The notes beneath the pieces are model-generated. The model searched no databases, had not been told where the DNA came from, and worked only from the letters and a program-made list of their open reading frames with translations. Shown in pieces: positions 1 through 9,865 of a DNA stretch of 32,000 bases; position 1 is the stretch's first letter; each line of letters starts with the position of its first letter. Source of the stretch: Pirellula staleyi DSM 6068 (lineage in GTDB: Bacteria; Planctomycetota; Planctomycetia; Pirellulales; Pirellulaceae); the NCBI GenBank assembly GCA_000025185.1, contig CP001848.1:1470001-1502000 (forward strand), in the 5' to 3' direction. The translations under genes and the position numbers were made by a program.

Positions 1-2367
1 GCGACGATCAGAACCGACCATCTGCTCCATGAACTTGAGGCTCGTGTAGGGATTGACCTCAGGAAGCTGATCGCTGGTGGCAGTCGCTTGCACCACGTCA
101 GCGACCGATTGGCTGCGAGGAATCACTCGCAAATTGCTCGAGCTTGCCAGCACGCTTTCGAAACGAGCGACTTGCTCCAGCGGAATCGCCAGCACTGCAG
201 AAACAACGCCTCGCAGCGGCTCTTCGTAAAGCTGTACCACTTCAACATCGCTGGCAGCAACCAGCATTTGCGTTCGACCAACGATTTCCGGCGGCACATC
301 GTAGTTGCTCGGAAACGTCATTGGCTCGGCCGAAATCACATCGACTCGCATCTGCTGTTTGACAAGCTCAAGCCCTGCGAGCTGTTCTTTCTGAACTAAG
401 AATCCGCGATAGCCAGGGGCGATTCCGGCCGAAATTCCCACAGCAGTGTCGGCTGGAAGAAAGTCGGACTCCAAAAAGTAGTCGCCAGGCTGTTTGTTGG
501 TTCGCAGCACGCGACCAGCAAACAAGCTTAGATCGGTAACGATTTTCTTTTCGTTGACTTCATCGATCGAAATCGAAGTGATGGCTGGCCGAGCGACAAC
601 GGCTCCCCACGGCTCGAGTTTTTCGAACGCTCGAACTGCCACCGTGCACAGCGGCACACTTGCCATGTTGGGAGGCGATGCTGTTGGCAAGTTCGAACGA
701 AATGCAGCAGTGAGTTTGATTTCACTAGTCATCGCCGCTGCTTGCGCAAGGGCTTCGGCATCGCGCAAGCGAACGGCGAGGGTGAGGGATGAAATCGGAT
801 TGGCAATCGAATTGTTCGCTCCAGCAGATTCGCTTGGCGTACGAGCAATGGCCACCACGCGCGCGTCGACCGCCAGCAGCCAGTGCTCGGCGCGATGACC
901 AAGCGAAGTGGACCATTGCAAGTCGGTCGAACGGCTGATGACTTCTGAACTGTTGCGAGTCGTTGTCTCGTTTTCCCGGCGCGAAGTTTCCTCTGTCGTA
1001 CGCACATGCTCCAGCTTGAAACTGCCGAGCAAATCGAGGTGGTCCCCCACACTTAAATACTCAGACCCCAAGATCTGACTAGCGCTAATGACAACAGCTT
1101 GGCGATCAGGAGGAATGACACTTCCGATGCCACCTTTTGCCCCTTGTTCGGCAAGTTCCGATTCGGAGATGACAGTGCCAGCTTCGATGTCGCGATTGGC
1201 GACGCGTCCGAGCAGGAAGTCGTAAGGCACCAGTTTGGAGCGAGTGGCGGTGTCCGGGTCGTAGTAGGCGAACTCAGGGCGGCGTGTTACAGGATCGATA
1301 AAGTCTTGCTCGGTGATCCGCTGGAAGGCGGGAATGGTGCGCTTGACGAGCGGAAATGCCACGGCAAGCTTCTGTTCGGCAGGCGCTTCGCTATCGTCAC
1401 TCCCACCTTTGGCAGCTTGTCCTGATTGCGCCACCGCCATCACCGAGAGTCCCTTGTGAAGCGCCTTCTTCACGTGGGGAATGTCGGACGGAGTTAGCGC
1501 TAGAACCACTTCTTCGACCGGAATGTTTTGCACTCGCTGACCTTCGGTGAGCGAAGAGGTGGTCGACGGCTTCTGTCGAATGCGAACTGGTGTGAGCAAG
1601 ATGGCCGACTGAGCAATTGTGCGTTCCACCACTGCTTGGGGTGGATCGCTGGCCTTCGATCGCGTGACGAACTGAACACCGCTGCGGGGCTTATGCGACG
1701 GATCGAACTCGCCGAGCATGTCGTGTGGAACCGAGGCAATCAGGTCGACTTTGTCTCCCAGCTTGAGCCCGTGGAGGCCTGCAATCGAGCTGCTTTCGAG
1801 AGTCATCGACTGCATGCCGGGGGGAGTGGCGCCAGCTAAACCAGGGCGGGTTCCTTTGGGGAGAAACGAACTTTCCGTAAAGGCAAGTCCTGGGTTCTTT
1901 TCTTTCGAGACCACTCGGCCGATGATGTCGTTCACACTCATCATGGCACCACCCAGTTCGCGCACGCGGCCGATCGGAATCCGTTTTCCACCGTCGATCG
2001 AGATCATGAAGGTGCCATTTTCTTCGGTCACTTCGCGGGCGGCGGAGCTCACCTCTTGACCGTCGTCGCCGATGTACTTCAGACCAATCCCGACAATCTG
2101 ATCAGGGCGCAGTTCGATCGTGGCGATCGCGCGCTTCTGTGGGTCGATCATGTCTTCGCGCGTGACCGAGGCATACGGAGCAATGGGGCGCGCGTTCACA
2201 GGTATCTGAACTCGTGGTGGCTTGGCAGAGGCCAAGAAAGGGAATTCCACTCCCGCCATCCAAAGAGTCGCTCCGGTGGCTACGGCCCCAAAGAGCAGCA
2301 CGAAAAAAAGACCACCAAGCATCCATAAGGGAGACTGCCGGCGGTTGTGGGGATTGATTCCTCGCAT
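1..2367 (-). CDS. cpaB: CpaB/RcpC-like Flp pilus assembly protein, unusually large (>=789 aa); N-terminus present, C-terminal end runs off the left window edge
   Basis: Absent from the ORF track because no stop codon lies in the window. My manual minus-strand translation from ATG 2367 stays open to position 1 (789 codons); this is the only minus frame with no short ORFs listed here. N-terminus MRGINPHNRRQSPLWMLGGLFFVLLFGAVATGATLWMAG is a single TM anchor. Three SAF-like plus beta-clip modules follow: GRVVSKEKNPGLAFTESSFL...GMQSMTLESSSIAGLHGLKLGDKVDLIASV; GRVANRDIEAGTVISESEL...DRQAVVISASQILGSEYLSVGDHLDLLGSF; GRVLRTNKQPGDYFLESDFL...GYRGFLVQKEQLAGLELVKQQMRVDVISAE. GAAGG lies upstream of the ATG. 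The gene is directly downstream of flp-cpaA-tadE-like. Confidence 0.75.
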   Translation of the reverse strand, partial: MRGINPHNRRQSPLWMLGGLFFVLLFGAVATGATLWMAGVEFPFLASAKPPRVQIPVNARPIAPYASVTREDMIDPQKRAIATIELRPDQIVGIGLKYIGDDGQEVSSAAREVTEENGTFMISIDGGKRIPIGRVRELGGAMMSVNDIIGRVVSKEKNPGLAFTESSFLPKGTRPGLAGATPPGMQSMTLESSSIAGLHGLKLGDKVDLIASVPHDMLGEFDPSHKPRSGVQFVTRSKASDPPQAVVERTIAQSAILLTPVRIRQKPSTTSSLTEGQRVQNIPVEEVVLALTPSDIPHVKKALHKGLSVMAVAQSGQAAKGGSDDSEAPAEQKLAVAFPLVKRTIPAFQRITEQDFIDPVTRRPEFAYYDPDTATRSKLVPYDFLLGRVANRDIEAGTVISESELAEQGAKGGIGSVIPPDRQAVVISASQILGSEYLSVGDHLDLLGSFKLEHVRTTEETSRRENETTTRNSSEVISRSTDLQWSTSLGHRAEHWLLAVDARVVAIARTPSESAGANNSIANPISSLTLAVRLRDAEALAQAAAMTSEIKLTAAFRSNLPTASPPNMASVPLCTVAVRAFEKLEPWGAVVARPAITSISIDEVNEKKIVTDLSLFAGRVLRTNKQPGDYFLESDFLPADTAVGISAGIAPGYRGFLVQKEQLAGLELVKQQMRVDVISAEPMTFPSNYDVPPEIVGRTQMLVAASDVEVVQLYEEPLRGVVSAVLAIPLEQVARFESVLASSSNLRVIPRSQSVADVVQATATSDQLPEVNPYTSLKFMEQMVGSDRR

Positions 2368-2448
2368 CGGACGACCTTCGATCTATGTTGTCGGGCGGAG
2401 AATCCTTTCTGCACGCTGTATCGGAGTGTAGGTGACTATTGATTGTAG

Positions 2449-3459
2449 TTACTGAAGAATCTCACGTCGAAAAATTGCTTGGGAAGAAATTACCCGGCGA
2501 TAGGGACGCACCACCTGGCCGAGAGCTTGCTGGCCACCCAGGCCATATTCACCCGAGTAAGTAGTGCGATGAATGTTACCTTCATCGGGTGACACCAATG
2601 GTCCATCGGGTGGTGCGATTGGGTTGGTAACTACCACCACACCCGCATCGTTGGCCAGATTAGGTCGGCCCACCGTCGGCTCGAAAGGGAACTCAGGGTC
2701 GGCTGTGTCGTGCCGAAAACTGCTCATCGCGGGAGACTGCGAGGGGTAGTTGATCCGTAGCCCGACGATACCGCGCTCGGGACTGCTCACTTTGAAGGGA
2801 TCGATGCGCGGCCCTGCTTCGCGAACGATCGGCTCAACAGCGGCGACCCAGTCGATGGTTTCAACGCCAGTGGCACTGCGACCGACGACGATGGGAATGC
2901 GAACGAGAAAGCCACTCGGCTCAGGCATCACACTGGGGTCAGGATTGTCGTCGGGATTGTCATCTTCATAGACGGCACCGGGATAGCGGAGCACATCGAC
3001 GTCGTTAAAACTGTCGGGGATCATCAGCGGAACGAGTTGCTGGTTCACCAGCGGCAGTCTTGCGACGAGTTCGCGCCACCTCGTGCTCAACTCGGTAGCA
3101 GGACCGTCTGTGGGGAGCTCGATCACCAGATAATGTTCGTCATAAACCGTTTGGCGAAATCGCCTGATCGCTTCTTGATCGGCAGCACTAAGACCAAGCG
3201 CTGGATCGGTGTAGTCGCCGTAGAGCACCATTTCGAGTGTTACGGAATTGGCGGGCAACGGAGTGCGTGAAGTTTCGCGAGCAGCAAGATCGACGGCGGC
3301 TTGTGTTCCTTGTGCGGCATAGAACATGAAGCCGAAGGTGAGGATCGCCGCGAGCAGCATGTAGACCACGAGCGCAATAACGGCGAACTCGACCAGCGAT
3401 TGGCCTCGTCGCTGGCGCAGTCGATAGCGGTGTGAAACTGATTTAGGCGATTCGTCCAT
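2449..3459 (-). CDS. TadE/TadG-like pseudopilin-family protein, long form (336 aa)
   Basis: ORF track gives 2449..3543. I trimmed the start to ATG 3459 (MDESPKSV...), which overlaps the cpaA stop by 17 nt. ...RRGQSLVEFAVIALVVYMLLAAILTFGFMFYAA is a TadE-type class III signal (G/QSLV-EF plus a hydrophobic helix). I recognise no motif in the remaining ~280 aa. Confidence 0.7.
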   Translation of the reverse strand: MDESPKSVSHRYRLRQRRGQSLVEFAVIALVVYMLLAAILTFGFMFYAAQGTQAAVDLAARETSRTPLPANSVTLEMVLYGDYTDPALGLSAADQEAIRRFRQTVYDEHYLVIELPTDGPATELSTRWRELVARLPLVNQQLVPLMIPDSFNDVDVLRYPGAVYEDDNPDDNPDPSVMPEPSGFLVRIPIVVGRSATGVETIDWVAAVEPIVREAGPRIDPFKVSSPERGIVGLRINYPSQSPAMSSFRHDTADPEFPFEPTVGRPNLANDAGVVVVTNPIAPPDGPLVSPDEGNIHRTTYSGEYGLGGQQALGQVVRPYRRVISSQAIFRREILQ

Positions 3460-3880
3460 GGAGCACCATGCTGAGTGTGAGGACGAGAACCAGAGCGCCC
3501 AAAATCGCAGGACAATAGGCGTAGTCTTTTTGGCCTCGCGCAACTGCGACTAGCGCCAGCATGCCGCCCAGTAGCGCGGTGAGAATCGCCAGCAGTAGCA
3601 AAACCGAGGGGCCAAAAATCATGCCGAGGCCGACCATCAGTCGAACGTCGGCGCCACCTAGTCCACCGAGCCAGCAGAAAGGGAATGTGATCGCAAAAGC
3701 GAGCAATCCCCCGAGAAAAACGCCGCTCCAGCTGTTATTGCCCAGGCCGCAAGCGATGCAGACGATGCCCCATAGACCGAGGGCATAGGAGATCCAGTCG
3801 GGCACCTCGCGCGTACGCAAATCGTGCCACGTTGCCAGCGCAACGAGCAGCAGCGGAACGACGACGAAGAGAGCAGCCAT
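3443..3880 (-). CDS. cpaA: A24-family prepilin peptidase, CpaA/TadV type (145 aa)
   Basis: Polytopic membrane protein. WHDLRTREVPDW and GGLGGADVRLMVGLG carry the two catalytic Asp positions typical of short Tad-type prepilin peptidases. It lies between flp and the TadE-like gene. Confidence 0.8.
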   Translation of the reverse strand: MAALFVVVPLLLVALATWHDLRTREVPDWISYALGLWGIVCIACGLGNNSWSGVFLGGLLAFAITFPFCWLGGLGGADVRLMVGLGMIFGPSVLLLLAILTALLGGMLALVAVARGQKDYAYCPAILGALVLVLTLSMVLHGRIA

Positions 3881-3946
3881 GAGAAGCTCGATTCACCCGC
3901 TGACCGGGCAAGTGACCGATGCGATCGAAACGAAAGGCGAGCGGAG

Positions 3947-3987
3947 AAAAAAGTCTCTGCGCCTCGAAGGTGAATCGAGACGCAGAG
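3947..3987 (-). terminator. Intrinsic terminator immediately downstream of flp
   Basis: Minus-strand RNA reads CUCUGCGUCUCGA-UUCACCU-UCGAGGCGCAGAG followed by ACUUUUUUCUCC. That is a 13-bp stem, a 7-nt loop and a U6 tract. The one G.U pair would be a C.A mismatch on the other strand. The hairpin starts 45 nt after the flp stop. Confidence 0.7.
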
Positions 3988-4031
3988 AACAGTATTTGAT
4001 CTTGCGAATGGACGTTGTCGGTTCTCAAAAA

Positions 4032-4382
4032 TTAGTCAACTTCGTTGACTAGCCCACCGAAAGCATCGGAGTTGGTACCGGTGACGTTTTGCGAAAGACG
4101 TCCAACCGTACCGTCGCTGTTGAGCAGAATTTCAGCCTGATCAAGTGCGATATCGCCATTGGCATTGGCAGCAGTTTCGATCAGCTTGCCTGACGCCATG
4201 GGCTGATTGTCATCAAAGTGGGCACCTGGCAGGATGGTGGCGACAGCAGCGATGAGGTCGCTCGTCTTGTGACCGAACACCGAGATGGCAGCGGCGCAGA
4301 TCAGGGCGACGCCAGCGATGATCAAACCGTACTCAACCAAACCTTGTCCCTTGCTCTTGCGGGACAGAATCTTACGAAGCAT
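4032..4382 (-). CDS. flp: Flp-family type IVb pilin with a long C-terminal extension (116 aa)
   Basis: ORF track gives 4032..4511. I took ATG 4382 as the start because AGGAGA lies 7 nt upstream. MLRKILSRKSKGQGLVEYGLIIAGVALICAAAISVFG contains the Flp processing motif G/XXXXEY followed by a hydrophobic helix. Confidence 0.85.
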   Translation of the reverse strand: MLRKILSRKSKGQGLVEYGLIIAGVALICAAAISVFGHKTSDLIAAVATILPGAHFDDNQPMASGKLIETAANANGDIALDQAEILLNSDGTVGRLSQNVTGTNSDAFGGLVNEVD

Positions 4383-5128
4383 GGGTGCTTCTCCTGGAAC
4401 TAGAAAACTCTGCGAATCACACGCCGCACTTGTGACCTGAGGGGGTGGCGGCAACGGACCCTGTAAACCAAAACTGATTCTTCCTGGTGGCAAGCGGCCA
4501 GTGGCTTGCAAGGCAAAACGATGCCTCTTGCACCGTGCGGGAGCGCTTCACTCCATGGAGGAGAAAGCACTGCCCGCGGCTGTACGCGGCAGCTGAAAAG
4601 TTGGTCGGACCGCTCACACTGCGTTGCACAAACCGCGGGCAGATCTCCCTCGAATTTTCGTTTCTCGGGCGGCTCGAATCGCATCGGCACCAAAGTGCGT
4701 GCGAACGTTCCACCAGAGTTGGAAATTTTTATCGCGACGGAGTTCGGACCTCGTGGCTGCAGCGGAAGCTCGGCGTTTGATGTCTCAATCGAGAAAGCAT
4801 CAAAGTCGAACCTCAGCCAGTTAGGCCCTTCGAAATCGTCAGTTCGGAGGTGCCGATTCTTTCGATAGGTCCGAGTGTAATGCGGCAGCGATGCTTTTGC
4901 AACTGTTGTGCAATAAGAAATCGGTGTGAATATGACAGAAATCGCAGATGGCCTATGAATGCATCTGCGTAAGCTAGCTAAACAGTCCGCGTGTGCAGAT
5001 GCAGTGCTGCCAGCGTTCGATGAGGGATAGCGGCCTTTTCCGAAGCCTGAGCTGCGCTACTGTCGCTTCGCGGTTCTGGTTGACGTTTCTCGCGACTCGA
5101 TCGACCGTGGCTCGCAGCACATCGGCAT

Positions 5129-5800
5129 TTACCCATTTTCCAAGATCCAGGTTGTCGCGTAGTGGGCGAGCTCGGTGCCGCTAGTGAGGTCGAGTTTCTG
5201 CCGGATACGGTCACGATAGGTCTCCACCGTCTTCACGCTCAGGTGCAGGCGTTTGGCGATTCCGGTGGTCTTTTCACCCTGTCCGATGAGACGAAAGACC
5301 TCGAGCTCGCGATTGGCCAGGGTGTCGAGTGGCGAACGGGTGAGATGCTTCTGCTCGCCACCGACAGTGCGCCGCAGCATCGTCTCGACCATCGCGTCGC
5401 TGAGGTAGACCTTACCTTCGAGGACGCGGCGGATCCCCTCGACAATCGTATCCGTGGCCTGGTCCTTGGTGATGTAACCCAGCGCACCGGCGAGGAGCGC
5501 CCGTTCTGCGTAGAGCGATTCGCTGTGGGTGGACCAAACGAGCATACGAACCGTGTCTTGGCGGTCCTTGATGCGCTTGATCAGGTCGATGCCGCAGCCT
5601 GTTTTGAGAGAGATATCGATCACAGCCACGTCGGGCTGAGTTTCGGCGACGAGGCGGAGGGCCTCGCCCAAATCGGCAGCTTCCCCGCACACTTCGAGGT
5701 CGGTCTGTCGACCGATTCGCAGCGCTAGCGCCTCGCGCACGGCGGGGTGGTCGTCGACGATCAGTACTCGCGCTCGTTTTTTGACTTGATTACGGTTCAT
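5129..5800 (-). CDS. NarL/FixJ-type response regulator (receiver + LuxR-type HTH), 223 aa
   Basis: ORF track gives 5129..5821. I trimmed the start to ATG 5800 ([23 protein letters not shown]) with AGGAGA just upstream; this overlaps the kinase stop by 11 nt. Receiver motifs are DD, VAVIDISL and YITKD. The C-terminal HTH reads LANRELEVFRLIGQGEKTTGIAKRLHLSVKTVETYRDRI. Confidence 0.9.
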   Translation of the reverse strand: MNRNQVKKRARVLIVDDHPAVREALALRIGRQTDLEVCGEAADLGEALRLVAETQPDVAVIDISLKTGCGIDLIKRIKDRQDTVRMLVWSTHSESLYAERALLAGALGYITKDQATDTIVEGIRRVLEGKVYLSDAMVETMLRRTVGGEQKHLTRSPLDTLANRELEVFRLIGQGEKTTGIAKRLHLSVKTVETYRDRIRQKLDLTSGTELAHYATTWILENG

Positions 5801-8800
5801 GGCTTCTCCTGTCCAACACACAGGTTACCATCGTGCCGGCTGGAAGCACTTTTTCGAAGCTGAGCGTCGCACGAATAATCGCGGCCCGGTTGCGCATGAT
5901 GCGCAGGCCAAGACCACTGTGACCCTGGGTTGGCTGGTCGGGGATGCTGATACCGATGCCGTCGTCTTGCACACGTAGCGTCAGGTCTTCGCTCGACTCG
6001 ACAGAAATGCGGATGTTCTTGCACTGCGCATGCTTGATGGCGTTGTGCACTGCTTCATGGGCGATGAGATAAAGGTGGGTCGCGATGAGGTTGTCCTCGA
6101 CCAGCACCGGTTTAGGACAGTCGAAGGTGCAGCTCAATTTGCCTTCCAGCTGGGTACGTGAGGCTAGGTCGGAGAGCGCTGCCATGAGCCCTTCGGAATC
6201 GACCGATACGGGACACAGCCCACGCATGACGGCCCGCAGATCTTGCCGGCTCCGATGCAATCCCTGAACGACGCGCTCGACCAAATCCGACGCGTTGAGC
6301 GGATCGGTCCGGAGTGTCTCGGCCAAATCGCCCGCCAGCATGCTCAGAGCGGTCAGTTCCTGGCTCACGCTGTCGTGCAGATCCTGACCAATGCGGCGCT
6401 GCTCGAGCGAGGCAATCTCCACGACCTCACGCTCCAACTGCTTCCGGTGGCTGATGTCGCGGAGAATGCCGGTGTAGAGATGCAGGTGATTCACCTCGCT
6501 GACCGCCAGATCGACCGGGAAGGTCGAACCATCCTTCCGCAGTCCTTCGACCTCGCGACCATTGCCGATGATGTGCTTCATGCCCGTCTGCTGATACCTG
6601 GCGAGGTACTGATCGTGGTTTCCTCGGTAGGGGGAGGGCATGATCATTTTCACGTTTTGGCCGATCATTTCGTCGGCAGCGTATCCAAACATCCGTTCCG
6701 CAGCCGCGTTGACCGATTGAATCAATCCTTTCGCGTCGATCGTGATGATGGCGTCGGCGGCGGCGTCCAAAATGGCCGCCAAATGGGCTTCGCGGTTGTG
6801 CAGGACCCCCGCAGAGGTCTCGACGACCTTGGCGTGTTGTTGTGCCACACCTTCGGCGGTCAATTTGCGTTCGGTGATGTCGACAAACGTGATGACCACG
6901 CCGTCGATCCGATTGTCCAGCGTTCGGTAGGGGAGAATCCGCCGCACGTACCAGCGGCCATCTTCCGCGCGGACTTCCTTTTCCCGGGGGATCAGATTGC
7001 GCAGCAGTTGCTGAATCTCGGGGAGCAAGTCGTCGTCGATAAACCGCTTGACGATATCGCCAATCGACCGGCCACGGTCGGTGGCAATGATCCTGAACAT
7101 CCGCGAAGAGGCTGGAGTAAAAAGCTTGATCCGCAGGCTGCCGTCCAAAAAGATCGTGGGGATGTCGGTGGTATCGAGAAGGTTGGCCATGTCGTTTGTG
7201 GCCGATTCCACCTCCTCGATTTTGTCGTGAAGCTGGTTGTTGACGGTGCTCAGCTCCTCGTTATACGAGTGCAGCTCTTCCTTGGAGGTTTCCAGTTCTT
7301 CATTCGCCGACTGGAGCTCCTCGTTCATCGACATCACTTCTTCGTTCGAGCCCTTGAGCTCCTCGTTCGCGCTCTCCAGCTGCTCGATGGTGTTTTGCAG
7401 GTCGTCGCGCGTGGTCTCCAGTTCTCGCTCCAGCTGGTGCAGCAGGTCGGGCTCATCCGTCTCGCCGCGTGCACCTAAGTCCAATGGGGATTCACCGGCA
7501 GGATGCCGCTGTGCCTGGAAAGAAATCAGCAGCAGACCGGTGGTCTGTTTCGACGTGTGAAGCGGCTCTGCTTCGATATTCACCCGGCAGGGCTCCCCCG
7601 CGCGGCGCAAGATTGCGTCGTTGATGCGCTGCGGCGAATTTTCGCGGATGGCCCGGCGGATCACCACGCGCAGCTTCGACGCAAGTCCTGGGCGCGCCAT
7701 CGCAAACAGGTTCTGGGTCGGGGCACCTCCGGGCTGTACCAGGTAGTCCTCAGTCGGTCCGGCGAAGTGCAGCACTTCGTAGTTGCGATTGATCACCACG
7801 CAGGCCAAATCGAACCGGCGAAGGAGGGAATTCTGTGCAAGTTCCGCCAGCTTCGGAGGGACCGGTGCCCGATTGGTGGATGGCGGCAGTGCTGGGCGCG
7901 GCTCGGACTGCGTCACCGGAAACTGCAAATCTTCAGCCCGAAGGGGGCCCGTACGCTTATAGATGCGCCACTTTTTCGACACCGGTTCGAACAGCTCGGT
8001 TTGCCGGCCAATCGTCTCCGAGGGACCCAGAAATAAGTAGCCTCCTGGCTTGAGAGCGAAGTGCAACAATGCGAGCACTTTCCGCTGTACGTCGGGTTCG
8101 AGATAAATCAAGACATTGCGGCAGCTGATCACGTCCATTCGTGAAAAAGGAGCGTCGGCAATCAGGTTTTGAAACGCGAACGTTACTGTTTCGCGCAACT
8201 GCTTGCTGACCTGCCAGTGCACTTCGTCCACCCGTGTGAAGAAGCGGGCAAGTCGCTCCGGCGAGACATCGGCAGCGATTTCATCAGGATAGAGTCCGCG
8301 GCGGGCAATCTCGAGCGCTGGTTCGTCGATGTCGGTGGCGAAAATTTGCAGCCGACATGGGTTTTGAGCCAGCGACTGATGTTCGAGCAACAGCATGGCG
8401 ATGGAGTAAGGCTCCTCCCCTGTCGCACACCCAGGAACCCAGACACGAAACGGGGTGTCAGCATCCTTGGTCTGCAGGAGCGGGGCGACGACTTCCGTCT
8501 CCAGGTAGTGAAAAGCCTCGGGATCGCGGAAGAACCGGGTCACACTGATCAGCAGATCGCGCGCGAGTTGCTTCACCTCCTCAGGGTGCTGGCGGAGATG
8601 AGCGAGGAAATCCGCGAGGTTCTCGAAGTTGCTCAGTCCCAGTCGGCGTTCCAGTCGTCGCGCAAGCATCTTTTTGCGATAGCCGCGAAAATCAAATTTC
8701 GTACGGGCACGCAAAAGTGCGAGCAATTGGTTCAGGTGATCGGGCGCTTCTTCGACTTCAGCGATGACTCTGCCACCGTTGGCAAGGAAGTGGCGCACAT

Positions 8801-9506
8801 CTTTTACAAGCACTTCGGGCATCTGCTCGACCGGCAGCACATGATCGGCCAGTCCCGTGGCGATCGCGCTGGCGGGCATGCCGGGATAATCAGCCGTACT
8901 TGGGTCTTGAACCAGGGCGATTCCACCCGCAGCTTTCACTGCCTTCAGCCCCAGCGTTCCATGCGAACCGGTCCCGCTCAGGATGATGCAGATCGCTTTC
9001 TCCATCTGATCGTCGGCCAGCGATCGCAAAAAGAAATCGATCGAAGTTTGCCAACTGACGCGCTCGACCGGACCCGTCAGTCGGAGCACACCCCCTTCGA
9101 TGGTCATATTCTTGTTGGGCGGGATGATGTAGACCCGGTTGGCCTCGACAGCCATCCCCTCCGTGGCCTCCACCACCGGCATCGATGTCTGCCGGGCAAC
9201 GAGCTCGACCATCAAGCTGGAATGGGTTGGGGCCAGGTGCGGAATGAGTACGAAGGCGATGCCGCTGTCCGCTGGCATGGCTGCGAAAAACTTCTTGAAA
9301 GCGTCGAGCCCACCAGCCGAAGCGACCAGCCCCGCCACAGGGAATTCCGGTCGACCGCGCTTGCTGTCCAGGTCATCCTCTTCAGCCAGTTCCGCAGGAT
9401 AGTCCCTATTTGGTTCGGGAACCTTGGCCGCAACTATCGGCTCGGGAGGTGAGTCGGCTCCTTCGGTACCTGTTGCCGACATCTTCCCTCGTTTTTTCGC
9501 AGCCAT
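5790..9506 (-). CDS. Hybrid CheB methylesterase - CheR methyltransferase - coiled coil - PAS - PAS - HisKA_3/HATPase sensor kinase (1238 aa)
   Basis: The N-terminal third is CheB-like ([29 protein letters not shown]). A CheR-like SAM methyltransferase follows ([28 protein letters not shown]). Next is a coiled coil with reiterated NEEL ([33 protein letters not shown]), then two PAS regions. The HisKA_3 H-box is [18 protein letters not shown], and the HATPase reads HNAIKHA...DDGIGI...GLGLRIM. GGAGA lies upstream of ATG 9506. Confidence 0.9.
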   Translation of the reverse strand: MAAKKRGKMSATGTEGADSPPEPIVAAKVPEPNRDYPAELAEEDDLDSKRGRPEFPVAGLVASAGGLDAFKKFFAAMPADSGIAFVLIPHLAPTHSSLMVELVARQTSMPVVEATEGMAVEANRVYIIPPNKNMTIEGGVLRLTGPVERVSWQTSIDFFLRSLADDQMEKAICIILSGTGSHGTLGLKAVKAAGGIALVQDPSTADYPGMPASAIATGLADHVLPVEQMPEVLVKDVRHFLANGGRVIAEVEEAPDHLNQLLALLRARTKFDFRGYRKKMLARRLERRLGLSNFENLADFLAHLRQHPEEVKQLARDLLISVTRFFRDPEAFHYLETEVVAPLLQTKDADTPFRVWVPGCATGEEPYSIAMLLLEHQSLAQNPCRLQIFATDIDEPALEIARRGLYPDEIAADVSPERLARFFTRVDEVHWQVSKQLRETVTFAFQNLIADAPFSRMDVISCRNVLIYLEPDVQRKVLALLHFALKPGGYLFLGPSETIGRQTELFEPVSKKWRIYKRTGPLRAEDLQFPVTQSEPRPALPPSTNRAPVPPKLAELAQNSLLRRFDLACVVINRNYEVLHFAGPTEDYLVQPGGAPTQNLFAMARPGLASKLRVVIRRAIRENSPQRINDAILRRAGEPCRVNIEAEPLHTSKQTTGLLLISFQAQRHPAGESPLDLGARGETDEPDLLHQLERELETTRDDLQNTIEQLESANEELKGSNEEVMSMNEELQSANEELETSKEELHSYNEELSTVNNQLHDKIEEVESATNDMANLLDTTDIPTIFLDGSLRIKLFTPASSRMFRIIATDRGRSIGDIVKRFIDDDLLPEIQQLLRNLIPREKEVRAEDGRWYVRRILPYRTLDNRIDGVVITFVDITERKLTAEGVAQQHAKVVETSAGVLHNREAHLAAILDAAADAIITIDAKGLIQSVNAAAERMFGYAADEMIGQNVKMIMPSPYRGNHDQYLARYQQTGMKHIIGNGREVEGLRKDGSTFPVDLAVSEVNHLHLYTGILRDISHRKQLEREVVEIASLEQRRIGQDLHDSVSQELTALSMLAGDLAETLRTDPLNASDLVERVVQGLHRSRQDLRAVMRGLCPVSVDSEGLMAALSDLASRTQLEGKLSCTFDCPKPVLVEDNLIATHLYLIAHEAVHNAIKHAQCKNIRISVESSEDLTLRVQDDGIGISIPDQPTQGHSGLGLRIMRNRAAIIRATLSFEKVLPAGTMVTCVLDRRSHEP

Positions 9507-9865
9507 CGCCGAGTTCTCCGTCTTCCTCGAAATCTCTGGCCTCTGATTCTAGCCAGCATCGGTCCTAGTGAGAGTCAGGCGATACCTGCTGCTCGGTGTC
9601 AGGGCTTCCCCCACAAGTACTGTTGCACGTTCCCGACTGTAAGGTTGTGGAAGCTCCGCTACTATTTTTCTCAACGAAGCTGGGATGCCTAACGAAGGGA
9701 ACCTAGGTTCTGCCACTTACTGCCGAGGAGTGTCGTGGTGCCAGACTATCGGATGCCGGTTTTCGCCGATACGGACCTGCGAGCTGACGGCGCCTATCGC
9801 CAGCTTGCAGCCAAAGAGGCCCCAGTCACAAAGCGGATCGACCACACAGATTCGGGAGGTTGTCC

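Noticed and set aside
4400-4868. Several 66-120-aa ORFs on both strands upstream of flp
   Set aside because: They overlap one another in different frames, are rich in R/S/C/P, and have no RBS or homology that I can see. I treat the region as a long non-coding leader/promoter region.
5162-5728. 188-aa plus ORF opposite the NarL-type response regulator, and 189-aa minus ORF (13815..14384) opposite the GH13 gene
   Set aside because: Both are antisense to genes with clear family motifs and have no features of their own.
6243-9452. Plus-strand ORFs of 411 aa (6243..7478), 177 aa and 427 aa (8169..9452) opposite the sensor kinase
   Set aside because: They are antisense to a 1238-aa ORF with unmistakable CheB/CheR/PAS/HisKA_3/HATPase motifs. 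Their products have no recognisable motifs and show a biased composition.
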